This document shows positions 10,119 through 19,774 of a stretch of DNA of 64,000 nucleotides, piece after piece. The notes beneath the pieces are model-generated. The model made no database searches and was not told the DNA's origin. It was given only the letters and a program-made list of their open reading frames with translations. Source of the DNA: Candidatus Latescibacterota bacterium (lineage in GTDB: Bacteria > Latescibacterota > UBA2968 > GCA-2709665); assembly GCA_963667175.2 (NCBI GenBank), contig CAXXXF010000003.1, positions 256,001 through 320,000 of the forward strand, given 5' to 3'. Position numbers and translations under genes: made by a program. Every line of letters begins with the position of its first letter. The first letter of the stretch is position 1.

Positions 10119-11011
10119 ATCATAATATGCAAACGGCATTCGAAGTCAAGAACCTTACACGCCTGTTCGGAGACGTCACCGCGCTGGACAACGTGAGCGC
10201 GTCCGTGCCCAAACCCTCGGTTGTGGGCCTCATCGGCAGAAACGGAAGCGGCAAGACGACCCTGCTCCGGCACGTCATCGGTCTCTGCCTGCCCACGAGC
10301 GGGTCCTGCGTCACCCTGGGACGCCCGAGCGATCAGCTGGGCCCCGGCGAACTGTCGCGCATTGGCGTAGTCCACCAGGAGAACCGGTTCCTGGAATGGA
10401 TGAAGGTGGAACAGCAACTGCGCTACGTCGGCTCGTTCTATGAAACCTGGGACCGGGACCTGGAACGGCGAATGCTCGATGAACTGGAATTGGACCCCTC
10501 CGCCCGCGTCGGCGCGCTTTCGCCCGGCAAAGCGCAGAAACTGAGCATCATGCTGGCCGTCTGCCACCGCCCCGACCTGCTGATCCTGGATGAGCCCATC
10601 AGCTGGCTGGACCCGATCGCCCGTAAGCGGTTCCTGAAATTCCTCCTCGAACTCCTCCAGCAGGACGCGAATACGATCGTGATATCGTCTCACGTTTTGC
10701 ACGACGTGGAAAAGATCATCAACCGGGTGATCTGCCTGGACCGGGGCCGGATCCGGGCGGACGCGCCGCTCGACGATCTCCAGGAACGATTCGCCGAGTG
10801 GCGGGTCAACGTCAAGGCCGGCAGACTTCCCCCGCGCTTCGACGAGGACTTCGTGCGGTCCCAGCAGGGGGACAGCTACCAGGCCCGGCTCCTTGTGGAG
10901 GGCGCTTCGGACAGGCTGGAGGCGTTCAGAACCCGGCACGGCGTGGACGTGGTCAGCCGCCCGCTCAACCTGGAGAGGATGTTTCCGCTCCTCGTGCAGG
11001 AGGACGGATGA
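10115..11011 (+). CDS. ABC transporter ATP-binding protein (ABC-2 exporter type)
   Basis: Walker A GRNGSGKTT, signature LSPG, Walker B LLILDEP, ISSH; ATGA overlap with the gntR stop. Confidence 0.93.
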   Translation: MNHNMQTAFEVKNLTRLFGDVTALDNVSASVPKPSVVGLIGRNGSGKTTLLRHVIGLCLPTSGSCVTLGRPSDQLGPGELSRIGVVHQENRFLEWMKVEQQLRYVGSFYETWDRDLERRMLDELELDPSARVGALSPGKAQKLSIMLAVCHRPDLLILDEPISWLDPIARKRFLKFLLELLQQDANTIVISSHVLHDVEKIINRVICLDRGRIRADAPLDDLQERFAEWRVNVKAGRLPPRFDEDFVRSQQGDSYQARLLVEGASDRLEAFRTRHGVDVVSRPLNLERMFPLLVQEDG

Positions 11012-12384
11012 TGGCGTTCGTCTCGATGTGCCGCCTGCTCGGGCGCCGGGCAAACCTGAGCCGCCTGGCGATGCTGGGATTCGTGGCGTCCTGGAGTCTG
11101 TTTGTCTACCAGGACCCGGAGTTGACGCTCGATCATCCGCGACCCGGGGGTTTGAACCTGTTCGTCCTGGCGACTTCGGCGCTGGCGGGTCACTTTTTCG
11201 CGGGACTCGGCGTGGTCGAACTCCAGCACGCGTCGTTTTCATGGACCCTGCCGAACCTGCGCCGACGTCTTCTTGCGTCGGTCCTCCTGCTGGGCGTCGT
11301 CACCGCCTTCCTGCTGGTTGGCGTGTACGTCCGGCTGGGCGGACCGGCCCCGTGGCTGCCGGTCTTCACGTCCGGGCTTCTCTGGTACAGCGTGGGAATC
11401 GTCATCGCCGCGGGCGACGTTCGGGGCGGTTCGGACCGGCCCTGGCGTCCGTACCTGGCCGCGACGCTCGCGATCGCCGCGCTCTTTGCCGCGGGCGTCT
11501 TTATCAATCGCATCGCCGAACTGTACGGCGTGCAACCGTTTCTCTTCGCCGCGTTGACCCTGGCCGGCGCGTCGCTGTGTCTGTTCCTGGTCTTCAACGT
11601 CGGCGCCGCCCGACAAAAATCGCTGGTTCCGACGCCCCTCGGGGGTCTGGGCGACCCAGGGTCCCTGGAGCGCGCGGCGGCGGCCCACAGGAGAACGCCG
11701 AAGCGGACCTGGCGGCTGAAGGGGCCGGTCAAGGGCCTGTTCGACTGGGTCCGCGCCGGTGAATATGAGAATTTCGCCTCGGTTCGCGGAGGATGGGCCG
11801 CGGGCGCCGTTCGGTTTTCAGCCGTTGCGGCGCTGATCGTGATTGCCCTGCCCTACGTGACGGAGGCGCCCGGCCTTTCCTACCTGAAGGGGCTGATGTC
11901 GATCGCGCCGTGCGTCCCCGCGTTCCTGGCGATGGGCTATTGCGCGAACAATTCGTTCTTCCTGCAGAAAGGCTGGCTCTATCCGCTTTCCCGCGCGCAG
12001 CTGGCGAGACTGGCGTACTGGAGCAGTCTCTCTTACAACGCGGCGATTTGCGGGATCATGTTGCTGACGTTCGCGTTGCTGGCGAGCGCGTCGGCGATTG
12101 AGGAACGGGTTGACTTCATCCGTCCGCTGGTCCTGATCTTCGTCTTCAACCCGTTCTTTCAGTGGCTGCGCCTGCGACACGGCCCGCTCTTTTTTCAGGT
12201 CCCCATCGCCGGTCTGCTCTATTTCGCCGGCGGGGTGGGCTGTGTGGGTCTGTTCCGGCTGGCCGAGAATACGGGCATGCCGTTGCCGTACGAAGCCGCC
12301 GCGGCCGCGGGCCTGGCGCTCCTGTCTCAGGGCCTGTTTCGCTACAAGATCGAGGCCTGTTTTCGAACCCGGGACCTCGTCTGA
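11008..12384 (+). CDS. Polytopic membrane protein, probable ABC exporter permease
   Basis: ATG 11008 overlaps the ATPase stop after GGAGG; about 10-12 hydrophobic segments. Confidence 0.7.
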   Translation: MMAFVSMCRLLGRRANLSRLAMLGFVASWSLFVYQDPELTLDHPRPGGLNLFVLATSALAGHFFAGLGVVELQHASFSWTLPNLRRRLLASVLLLGVVTAFLLVGVYVRLGGPAPWLPVFTSGLLWYSVGIVIAAGDVRGGSDRPWRPYLAATLAIAALFAAGVFINRIAELYGVQPFLFAALTLAGASLCLFLVFNVGAARQKSLVPTPLGGLGDPGSLERAAAAHRRTPKRTWRLKGPVKGLFDWVRAGEYENFASVRGGWAAGAVRFSAVAALIVIALPYVTEAPGLSYLKGLMSIAPCVPAFLAMGYCANNSFFLQKGWLYPLSRAQLARLAYWSSLSYNAAICGIMLLTFALLASASAIEERVDFIRPLVLIFVFNPFFQWLRLRHGPLFFQVPIAGLLYFAGGVGCVGLFRLAENTGMPLPYEAAAAAGLALLSQGLFRYKIEACFRTRDLV

Positions 12385-12494
12385 TCCGCGCGTCTGCGCC
12401 GGCAGGCGGGAATCTGTTGCAAAATGCGACAGTTGTGCGTTCGCCCGGATTGTCATCCATGTATCCAAACAGAAAGACGAAAGGAGGAACACCC

Positions 12495-13148
12495 ATGAAA
12501 CACCCGTTGAAATCCATCGTCCTGTGCGGCGTCGCCGCGGCGGTCATGCATTCCGGGCCCGCGCTGAGCCAGACCAAGCTCGGCGTCCGCGCCGGTCTGA
12601 GCCGGGCCACGGCGAGCGGCGTCAAGGTCGTGACGGGCGCGGCGAACGTGACGGCGCGCACCGGCCTTTCCCTCGGCGTTTCCGGGACGCTTCCGCTGCA
12701 GGACAGCTTCAGGCTCCGGGTCGACGGCGCGTACGTGCAGAAAGGGTACGGCGGCATGCTTGGTTGGGGGCGGCTCGAATTCAATCTCGGTTACATCGAG
12801 GTTGCGGGCATGGGCCTTATGGACTTCGCGCCGGACGGCGCGCCGGCCTCCTTCTACGCGCTCGCCGGCCCGTCGTTCGCGGTCAAAACCGGATGTGAAT
12901 ACACTCGGACCGGCGAGGAATCCGGCGAGTTGGAGGCCGGCGGTTCCTGCGGCGAAGACGTCAGGGGCATCGACCTGGGGATTACCGGAGGCGTTGGCGC
13001 GGAGATGCCGTTTTCGGACGACATGACGGTCTCGGCGGAACTGCGCTACACGCTGGGGTTCATGTCGATTCTCAAGGACAGCGACGAGGCCATCAAAAAC
13101 CGAAACCTCGTCCTTCAGATCGGCGTAGGCTTTCCCATTGGCGATTAG
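12495..13148 (+). CDS. Outer membrane beta-barrel (porin / PorT-like family)
   Basis: AAGGAGG RBS, signal peptide, G.RAGL, amphipathic strands, Y.QKG, LRY.LG and terminal aromatic GVGFP. Confidence 0.82.
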   Translation: MKHPLKSIVLCGVAAAVMHSGPALSQTKLGVRAGLSRATASGVKVVTGAANVTARTGLSLGVSGTLPLQDSFRLRVDGAYVQKGYGGMLGWGRLEFNLGYIEVAGMGLMDFAPDGAPASFYALAGPSFAVKTGCEYTRTGEESGELEAGGSCGEDVRGIDLGITGGVGAEMPFSDDMTVSAELRYTLGFMSILKDSDEAIKNRNLVLQIGVGFPIGD

Positions 13149-13152
13149 GACG

Positions 13153-13215
13153 CGCCCGCCTGCAAAGGGACCCCTGCCTGCCCGCGCGGGGAGCGGCCCG
13201 GCAGGCGGGTTTTTG
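13153..13215 (+). terminator. Hairpin with U-tract after the porin gene, containing a GCCTGCC palindrome
   Basis: CCCGCCTGC...GCAGGCGGG followed by TTTTT. Confidence 0.5.
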
Positions 13216-13668
13216 ATTTCTGACCCATCGGAGGATGCGCGTCCCCGGAATCGGCGACGGGCGCGACCGGGCCGGCGCTTTCTGCTCGCTCCGGAATTTC
13301 AGCGCCGCCCGGCGCCCCGCCGTCCGCGGGAAAGAGCATTCCCCAGCTTTCAGAAATCACATCCCCCGTCCCGATAAAGGCAGTGGTTAGTGATCAGTGG
13401 TTAGAAAAAGGCGGTGAGACGGCGAAAACATCGGGCGTATATCAATTCGCGGCTGCCTGATTCTATTGTAGGGGCGGCCGGCCGCCCTGCAGACGCAAGG
13501 CCGGTGGGGGGCGCTTATGGAACCGTCCATGCAGGTCAGGTTTTCCGAACGAGCGTAGCGTGACGCAGGATGAAGCGGACAACTATCGCAAAATGCGACA
13601 TTACAAAGACGGCGTTGGCGGCCGATCCGTCCACGGCGTCGGGGCCGCGTTTTCACAAGGAGGCAGCG

Positions 13669-14478
13669 ATGTTGACACGATTTCTGGTATCCGTATGCGC
13701 GGGACTCGTCTGGGCCGCCGCCGCATCGGCCGGCGAACTGACGAGCGGGTTGACCATCCGCGGAGGAAAGAACGCGCTTGCAGGCCTCAAGCTGGAGCGC
13801 GTGAACGACCCCGCCGAAGCCGACGGCACACTCACCATCCGCGTGTCGGTCGCGCGGGCGAAGGACCTGAAGGGGTACGGGTTGTCGCTCGAATACGACG
13901 CGGCGAAGTACGCGTTCGTGGAAGCCAGGGAGGCGGCCGGGAACCTGCTCGCGTCCGGCGCGGGCCGGCAGACGCTGTTTCTCTCGTCGGACCGGACGCC
14001 CGGCAGGGTGGACGTCAGCGCGTTGAAGGTGGACGGCCCGGGCGCCAGCGGCGAGGGCCGGCTGGCGGACCTTGTGTTCAGGACCGGCGGCACGCCCTCG
14101 GCGTCCGACTTCAGGGTCTCGGATGGCGTGCTGGTGGGGCTTGACGGCGCCCTCGACCTGCTGTCGCGCGTCGAGATCGGCAACCTGAAGCCACTGCCGG
14201 ACCGCTTCGGCCTGGACCAGAACGCGCCGAACCCGTTCAATCCCGCCACCGTGATCGGATATCAGCTCGCAGAGGCCGGCTCGGTCAGGCTGGCCGTGTA
14301 CAACCTGTTGGGACAGGAGGTGCGCGTGCTGGTGAACGAGACCATGGCGGCGGGATCCTTCACGGCCGCGTGGGACGGGACGGACGCGCTGGGCCGCGAC
14401 GTGGCCAGCGGCGTGTATCTGTATCGGATTCAGGCCGGGGACTTCTCCGCGTCGCGGCGCATGCTGCTGCTGAAATAG
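13669..14478 (+). CDS. Secreted cohesin-like domain protein with C-terminal FlgD-Ig / T9SS type A-like sorting domain
   Basis: AAGGAGG RBS; signal peptide; cohesin-like pattern LKGYGLSLEYD...GEGRLADLVF; C-terminus F.L.QN.PNPFNP.T.I.Y.L...VYNLLGQEV...WDG.D..G..VASGVYLYRI...MLLLK. Confidence 0.8.
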   Translation: MLTRFLVSVCAGLVWAAAASAGELTSGLTIRGGKNALAGLKLERVNDPAEADGTLTIRVSVARAKDLKGYGLSLEYDAAKYAFVEAREAAGNLLASGAGRQTLFLSSDRTPGRVDVSALKVDGPGASGEGRLADLVFRTGGTPSASDFRVSDGVLVGLDGALDLLSRVEIGNLKPLPDRFGLDQNAPNPFNPATVIGYQLAEAGSVRLAVYNLLGQEVRVLVNETMAAGSFTAAWDGTDALGRDVASGVYLYRIQAGDFSASRRMLLLK

Positions 14479-14635
14479 GGGCACCCTCACCCACCGGCCC
14501 CGTCTCCCAATGGAAGAAGGAAGAAGGAAGAAGGCCGCCCCGCGTCCACCGGAAAACGGCAGGGCCGGGCGATATCAATTCGCGGATGTAGAGTTTATCG
14601 AAGTGTTTTTCAATCGTATCAAGGAGGCGTGGGCT

Positions 14636-14785
14636 GTGTCCATCTTCAAACGAAATCCGGCGCTATCGGTGATCGGGCTTGCGGTGATCGCGTGCCTCGC
14701 CCTCGTCTGTTTCGCGCTCTGCGGACGATTCTGCGGGCGCGGGGCCCGGGGCGAATGTGAAAGTCGAGAGTCCCGGGAGCAATAG
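14636..14785 (+). CDS. Putative 49-aa single-pass membrane protein
   Basis: AAGGAGG at 14621-14627, GTG at 14636; MSIFKRNPALSVIGLAVIACLALVCFALCGRFCGRG... Confidence 0.45.
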   Translation: MSIFKRNPALSVIGLAVIACLALVCFALCGRFCGRGARGECESRESREQ

Positions 14786-14935
14786 CAGCGTCCAAACCAA
14801 ATCCGAACCACAAGGCGGCAATCCTTGGGGCCCGCCTGCTGCCGGCGGGTGAACCTGCGGAAAGGGGGATATCCCTCGGGAACAGAGTCGTGAAACCGTC
14901 GTCCATCGTTCATTCTGACGAAAGGAGCAACACGC

Positions 14936-15520
14936 ATGTATTCGACCAAGCAATTCACCGGCGTTGTCGCGGTTCTGCTGGCCATGGCCGCCACGCCGCT
15001 CTGGGGCCAGGAAATCGGATCGCGCGTTCGCGTGACAACGATGAACGGTCTGATGATCGGGACCGTTGAAAACAAGGGCTCGGATCAATTCAACCTCAAT
15101 CTGGAAGGCGGCATTTCCCGAACCGTCGCGTTCCGCGAAATTCAGGTGTTGGAGCTGAGCCTCGGAAAACGCAGCAATGCAAAGAAGGGATTCATGATCG
15201 GCGCCGGCGCCGGGGTGCTGGCTGGAGTATTGTACGGATTGGCGGTTTCCGACAATTGCAGCGATATCGCGGATGCCTTTGGGGGCAACGACCTCGGGTG
15301 CAAGGAAACCGGCGCGTCGACGATGGTGTTGGCCGCTGCGATATGGGGCGGGGTATTGGGTCTCGGTGGCGCGGGCATCGGCCACCGGCTGAAGTCCGAA
15401 TCATGGGAGGAGGTCAGGGTGCCGACGGCAAGTCGACGCTTTCAGGTCCGTCCCATGGTCGAACTGGCGTCTCTGAACGGAAACCGCCGCGCGCTGTTGG
15501 GCGCCCGCGTTCGCTTTTGA
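14936..15520 (+). CDS. Hypothetical secreted/membrane protein with glycine-zipper-like helices
   Basis: AAGGAG RBS; signal peptide; GxxxG-rich segments GFMIGAGAGVLAG and GGVLGLGGAGIG; terminal RF. Confidence 0.75.
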   Translation: MYSTKQFTGVVAVLLAMAATPLWGQEIGSRVRVTTMNGLMIGTVENKGSDQFNLNLEGGISRTVAFREIQVLELSLGKRSNAKKGFMIGAGAGVLAGVLYGLAVSDNCSDIADAFGGNDLGCKETGASTMVLAAAIWGGVLGLGGAGIGHRLKSESWEEVRVPTASRRFQVRPMVELASLNGNRRALLGARVRF

Positions 15521-15936
15521 TGCGGCAGGCCAACGAAAACCAGCGTTCGGCGATCAGCCGTCAGCTTGAAGCAAAAGCGAACCAGCCATCCGCCCCGCTG
15601 ACCTCTCCCCCCGGCCCCGTAAAGGCAGTGGTCAGGAAAAGCAGTGGTTAGTGATCAGTGGTTAGAAAAAGGCGGTGAGACGGCGAAAACACCGGGCGTA
15701 TATCAATACGCGGATGCCAGATTTTATCGTAGGGCCGGCCGGCCGGTCGCCCCTACAATTGCAACGCCTGCGCTACGAAGGTCGGTAGCCGTCCGCCTTT
15801 GCCTTTCATCCCGTCCGACCTTGTAAGACCCGTTTTCTGGACGAATCGGGTTACGCAGGCTGAAGTCGACGACTGTCGCAGAATGCGTCACGTCGGTCCC
15901 CAACCTCCCAGGGTGGAAAGGCAGCGGTCAGCGAAA

Positions 15937-16083
15937 GGCGGTGAGACGGTAGACGTGAGAGGTAAGAGATTGCCCGCCTCGTGCGGTTTCATTTCTTGCC
16001 GGAGGCATATAGGAATAAACAATTCGGCAATGACGTCTTCTACCGTCTCCCGTCTCCCGTCTCCCGTCTTACGTCTCACCGCC
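15937..16083. repeat. ~150-bp long inverted-repeat (MITE-like) element, copy 1
   Basis: GGCGGTGAGACGGTAGACGTGAGA ... TCTCCCGTCTTACGTCTCACCGCC with inner stem TTGCCGGA/TTCGGCAA; second copy at 31022-31147. Confidence 0.7.
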
Positions 16084-16385
16084 GTCAGGCGACCTCTCCC
16101 CCCAACCTGCCTGCGCCTGCCTGTCCCGTTGGAGCGGCAGACAGGCCGAGTTCCGCTCGGCAGGCAGGCCCCCTCTCCCAGGGGGAAAAGCAGTGGTCAG
16201 TGGCCGGTGGTCAGTAAAGGCAGCGATCGGCGGTCAGCCGTCAGCTTGAAGCAAAACCAGGACACCTTGAGCGGATCACCGTTCCCCCCTTCTCGTGGGA
16301 AGGGGGAAAGGGGGTAGGTCTGGGAGGCGGTGAAAGGGAGAAAAAAACCAGGGTGTATATCAATTCGCGGCTGCCTGATTCTATT

Positions 16386-16413
16386 GTAGGGGCGACCGGC
16401 CGGTCGCCCCTAC
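16386..16413. repeat. GTAG-type REP palindrome
   Basis: Perfect 28-bp palindrome GTAGGGGCGACCGGCCGGTCGCCCCTAC; variants at 1662, 13468, 15729, 27849, 28030 and 54670. Confidence 0.85.
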
Positions 16414-16506
16414 AGACGCAAGGCCGGTGGGGGGCGTTTTCGCAACCATCCATATAAATTCCGTTTTCTGAATGAGGGTAGCGTTACGCAGGCCGAAGCT
16501 GACAAC

Positions 16507-16523
16507 TGTCGCAAAATGCAACA
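16507..16523. promoter_or_regulatory. Palindromic operator-like site, consensus TGTCGCA-N3-TGCGACA
   Basis: Copies with 1-2 mismatches start at 12415, 13584, 15874, 16507, 28149, 31537 and 36208; all but 15874 lie 60-85 bp upstream of a start codon. Confidence 0.7.
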
Positions 16524-16567
16524 TCTTTCTCGCACGCAAACAGCTCCGCATATAAGAGGATCTTGCC

Positions 16568-19528
16568 ATGAACAGTCGAGGAAAAGTTGCCATCGGGTTG
16601 CTGATCGCGATGGGCGCGGTATTCGCGGGGGTTGGGTCCGTTTCCGCGCAGACCGCTGGGGACGCGGATTTTGACGACAGCGGCGAGGTGGGCTTTCAGG
16701 ACTTCCTGCTGTTTGCGGCGAAGTTCAATACCGCGAGGGGCGACGCCAATTACGACGCCAGGTTCGACCTGGACGACAGCGGCGCGGTGGGGTTTGCGGA
16801 TTTCCTCGCGTTCGCGCGGTTTTTCGGCGAGACTGTGCCCGTGCCTGCGCTGGCGCTGACCGGGATCGCGCCGTCGGAAGGGATGCCCGGAACGCTGATC
16901 GAGCTGGTGGGGCAATTTGACGCCAATACGGCGTATCAGGTGAAATTCGGCACGGTCTTGTTGCCGGTGTTCGCGCAAGACGCGGAGCGGATTACCGCCA
17001 TGGTGCCCGTGTTGGAAAGCGGGTCCGTGCCGGTGCTCGTGGTTGACCCGTCGGGCCGGGAATCTGATCCCATGTCGTTTGAGGTGCTGGCGCTCTCTGA
17101 ACCGCGGATGAACGTCGAGCAGTTGCAACAGACAGTGTCGGACGTCGGGGACGGCATCGGAAACGTGCTGGCGCCGGTGATTGACGCCGGTGTGTTTCCC
17201 AACGACGCGGACGCGGCGTTGTTCAACCAGGAAATGGATAAGCTGAACGCGGCGTGGGACATCCTCGGGCAGCGGATCGCGGCGCTGCCGCCGGAGGACG
17301 CGGCGCTGTTGACGCAACTTCTGGACAACAGCGGCGCGTTGGGGATTCTGGAGGGCCTGGGACAAATCGACTTAAGCGCGTCGAAGGTACCGGCGGAGAG
17401 CAGTTCGACGCATCAGATATTTTTTCGTGTGGATATCGTCAGTGCGCTCTTGGGCTATGCCGCCGACGTGACCATGGCATTGACGATAGCGAACGCGTTC
17501 TTCCCGGAACCGTTGTTCACGAAAGCCATGACCGCCGCACTGGGGGGGTTCAGCACGTTCATCGGTGTGGTGAAATCCGGAATTGACGCGGCCATACCAA
17601 CGGATTTGCAACGCGTCAGCAAAGTAGAGATAAATCCGACGCCGGTGCTGGTGGGGGGCGTATCCGACGTGGCGTTTTACGGGGAGTTCAAGACGGAGAG
17701 TAATTTGCTCGCTGAGCTGGGATCAGAGGGGGTTGGCAAGGGGATGGAAGAGATCGTGAAGGTCTTCATTCTCAGGAAGAAAGGCGAGAAGTTCCTGGAG
17801 GAGTTACAGGAGAACCCGGTGGTGTCCGACGCGGTCGACGAAATTGTCGGCTTTTTCTCGGGCATCCTCTCGAACGTCGGTTTTGGCGTGACGGGGTTGG
17901 AGAACCTCTTTAATAAAGTAGCGCTGCCGCGGGATGACGTGCGATTGGATATGTCGCTGTACCGTCTCAGCGCGCCAAGCATAATAAAGTGGCTAATACC
18001 GCCGTTCCCCGCCGAAGAGATTGACAAGATGTTGCGCGTTCTGGAAAGAGTCGGAATTGACGTGGTTTCCGAATCGGTGGAGGTCGTGGATCGTGACGAC
18101 GACGTGAATGAAGACGTGGCGGTGTATGATCCTGCAAAGGTTCAACTGACGGGAAAGACAGCGGGCGTGATGCGGCTGAAGATGCGGGCATTTCGGTTTG
18201 TGGAGCCGGGAGGCGAGTCGGGTGATGAGCCGGGAGAAGAAAACAGGAGTTTTTGGGGCCGTGTGTGGGATCGCGCGAAGCAAATCGCGGCAATTCCGTT
18301 GGACTTTCTGAAAAACCTTCATCCTATCTTTCGATTTTCCAATTCGATGGAGCGTCTGGATCCAGTGTACGTTGAATTTGCGGTGAAGGAGCCCGGGTCC
18401 GACGTCGAGGGACCCCTCGAGGTCGAGTCGATACGTAGACTGACCAACTTCAACAGTGGCAATGTCAAGGATTACCAATGGTCGCCGGACGGTCGTCATA
18501 TCGCATTCGATCTGGTTTTTTACGACGAACGCATCGAAAGAGACCGAGAGATCTACGTGGTTGGATTGGACGGGAGTAATCCTCGCAACCTGACCAACAG
18601 CGATTCCTTGGACACAGGTCTCGTTTGGTCTCCTGACAGCCGCCACATTGCCTTCTACTCCAACCGGGACGGCAATACGGAGATCTACCTGATAGGATCG
18701 GACGGGAGCGACCTGCGCAACCTGACCAACAATGACGCCCCGGACGGACATCCCTCGTGGTCGCCTGACGGGCGGCACATCGCCTTTACATCCAAACGCG
18801 ACGGCGACGGCGAGATCTACGTGATGCGTTCGGACGGGAGCAGGCTGCGCAACCTGAGGTACCTCCGCCTTAGCTCTGAATTCTCTCCCGTTTGGTCGCC
18901 GGACGGCCGGCACATCGCGTGCTCATCCTATCGCGACCGCAAACACGAGATCCGCGTGATAGGATCGGACGGGAGGAACCAGCGCAGATCGTCAAACAGC
19001 CACTACCCATTGTGGCCATTCTGGTCGCCGGACGGCAGTCATATCGCCTTCGAATTTTACAACGACCGCTCAAGAGATCGCGAGATTCGCATATTGAGAT
19101 TGGACCCGCACAAATGGGTCACAATGTACCAGTTTTCTAATTCGTTTATTCAACTCAGTTGGTCGCCGGACGGTAGTCATATCGCCTTCGTTAACAAAGC
19201 CACGAGAGGCAGCCGGGCGGGAACCTCTAGCATCAACGTAGCGAGATCGGACGGTAGCGGCAGGTTCAACCTGACAGAGAATGCTACCTCGAGAAACCAT
19301 TGGCCCGTCTGGTCGCCCGATGGCCGGCACATCGCATACGTCTCCCGAAGCGGTAGTTACTTTGCGATTCACATGATGAGGTCGGATGGGAGCGACCTGC
19401 GCAGACTGACCAGCTACGTTGCCTACGACCAGAGGCCCTCGTGGTCTCCTGATGGCCGGCACATCGCCTTCGGTTCCGAGCGCGACCGCGATCTCTACCT
19501 GATCACATTTAAGGGCGGCGGACAATAG
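16568..19528 (+). CDS. Array protein A: signal peptide, dockerin-like EF-hand pair, IPT/TIG, helical region, PD40/TolB-like beta-propeller
   Basis: 986 aa; DFDDSGEVGFQDF / DLDDSGAVGFADF repeat; 8 WSPD repeats; ends GGGQ. Confidence 0.9.
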   Translation: MNSRGKVAIGLLIAMGAVFAGVGSVSAQTAGDADFDDSGEVGFQDFLLFAAKFNTARGDANYDARFDLDDSGAVGFADFLAFARFFGETVPVPALALTGIAPSEGMPGTLIELVGQFDANTAYQVKFGTVLLPVFAQDAERITAMVPVLESGSVPVLVVDPSGRESDPMSFEVLALSEPRMNVEQLQQTVSDVGDGIGNVLAPVIDAGVFPNDADAALFNQEMDKLNAAWDILGQRIAALPPEDAALLTQLLDNSGALGILEGLGQIDLSASKVPAESSSTHQIFFRVDIVSALLGYAADVTMALTIANAFFPEPLFTKAMTAALGGFSTFIGVVKSGIDAAIPTDLQRVSKVEINPTPVLVGGVSDVAFYGEFKTESNLLAELGSEGVGKGMEEIVKVFILRKKGEKFLEELQENPVVSDAVDEIVGFFSGILSNVGFGVTGLENLFNKVALPRDDVRLDMSLYRLSAPSIIKWLIPPFPAEEIDKMLRVLERVGIDVVSESVEVVDRDDDVNEDVAVYDPAKVQLTGKTAGVMRLKMRAFRFVEPGGESGDEPGEENRSFWGRVWDRAKQIAAIPLDFLKNLHPIFRFSNSMERLDPVYVEFAVKEPGSDVEGPLEVESIRRLTNFNSGNVKDYQWSPDGRHIAFDLVFYDERIERDREIYVVGLDGSNPRNLTNSDSLDTGLVWSPDSRHIAFYSNRDGNTEIYLIGSDGSDLRNLTNNDAPDGHPSWSPDGRHIAFTSKRDGDGEIYVMRSDGSRLRNLRYLRLSSEFSPVWSPDGRHIACSSYRDRKHEIRVIGSDGRNQRRSSNSHYPLWPFWSPDGSHIAFEFYNDRSRDREIRILRLDPHKWVTMYQFSNSFIQLSWSPDGSHIAFVNKATRGSRAGTSSINVARSDGSGRFNLTENATSRNHWPVWSPDGRHIAYVSRSGSYFAIHMMRSDGSDLRRLTSYVAYDQRPSWSPDGRHIAFGSERDRDLYLITFKGGGQ

Positions 19529-19774
19529 CCGAGAAGCAGAAGGCAGCAATAAGCGGTCAGCATTCAGCCGTCAGCTTGAATCAAGAGTCAAACCTCCCAT
19601 CCGCCCCGCAGACCTCACCCCCCGGCCCCCTCTCCCAGAGGGAGAGGGGGAGCAGACAGCTTAAAGCAAAACCAGGACACCGCGAGCGGATCACCGTTCC
19701 CCCCTTCCCTCCGGGAAGGGGGATAGGGGGTAGGTCGCACGGAAACCGCTCCGCATACAAGAGGAGATCTCGCC

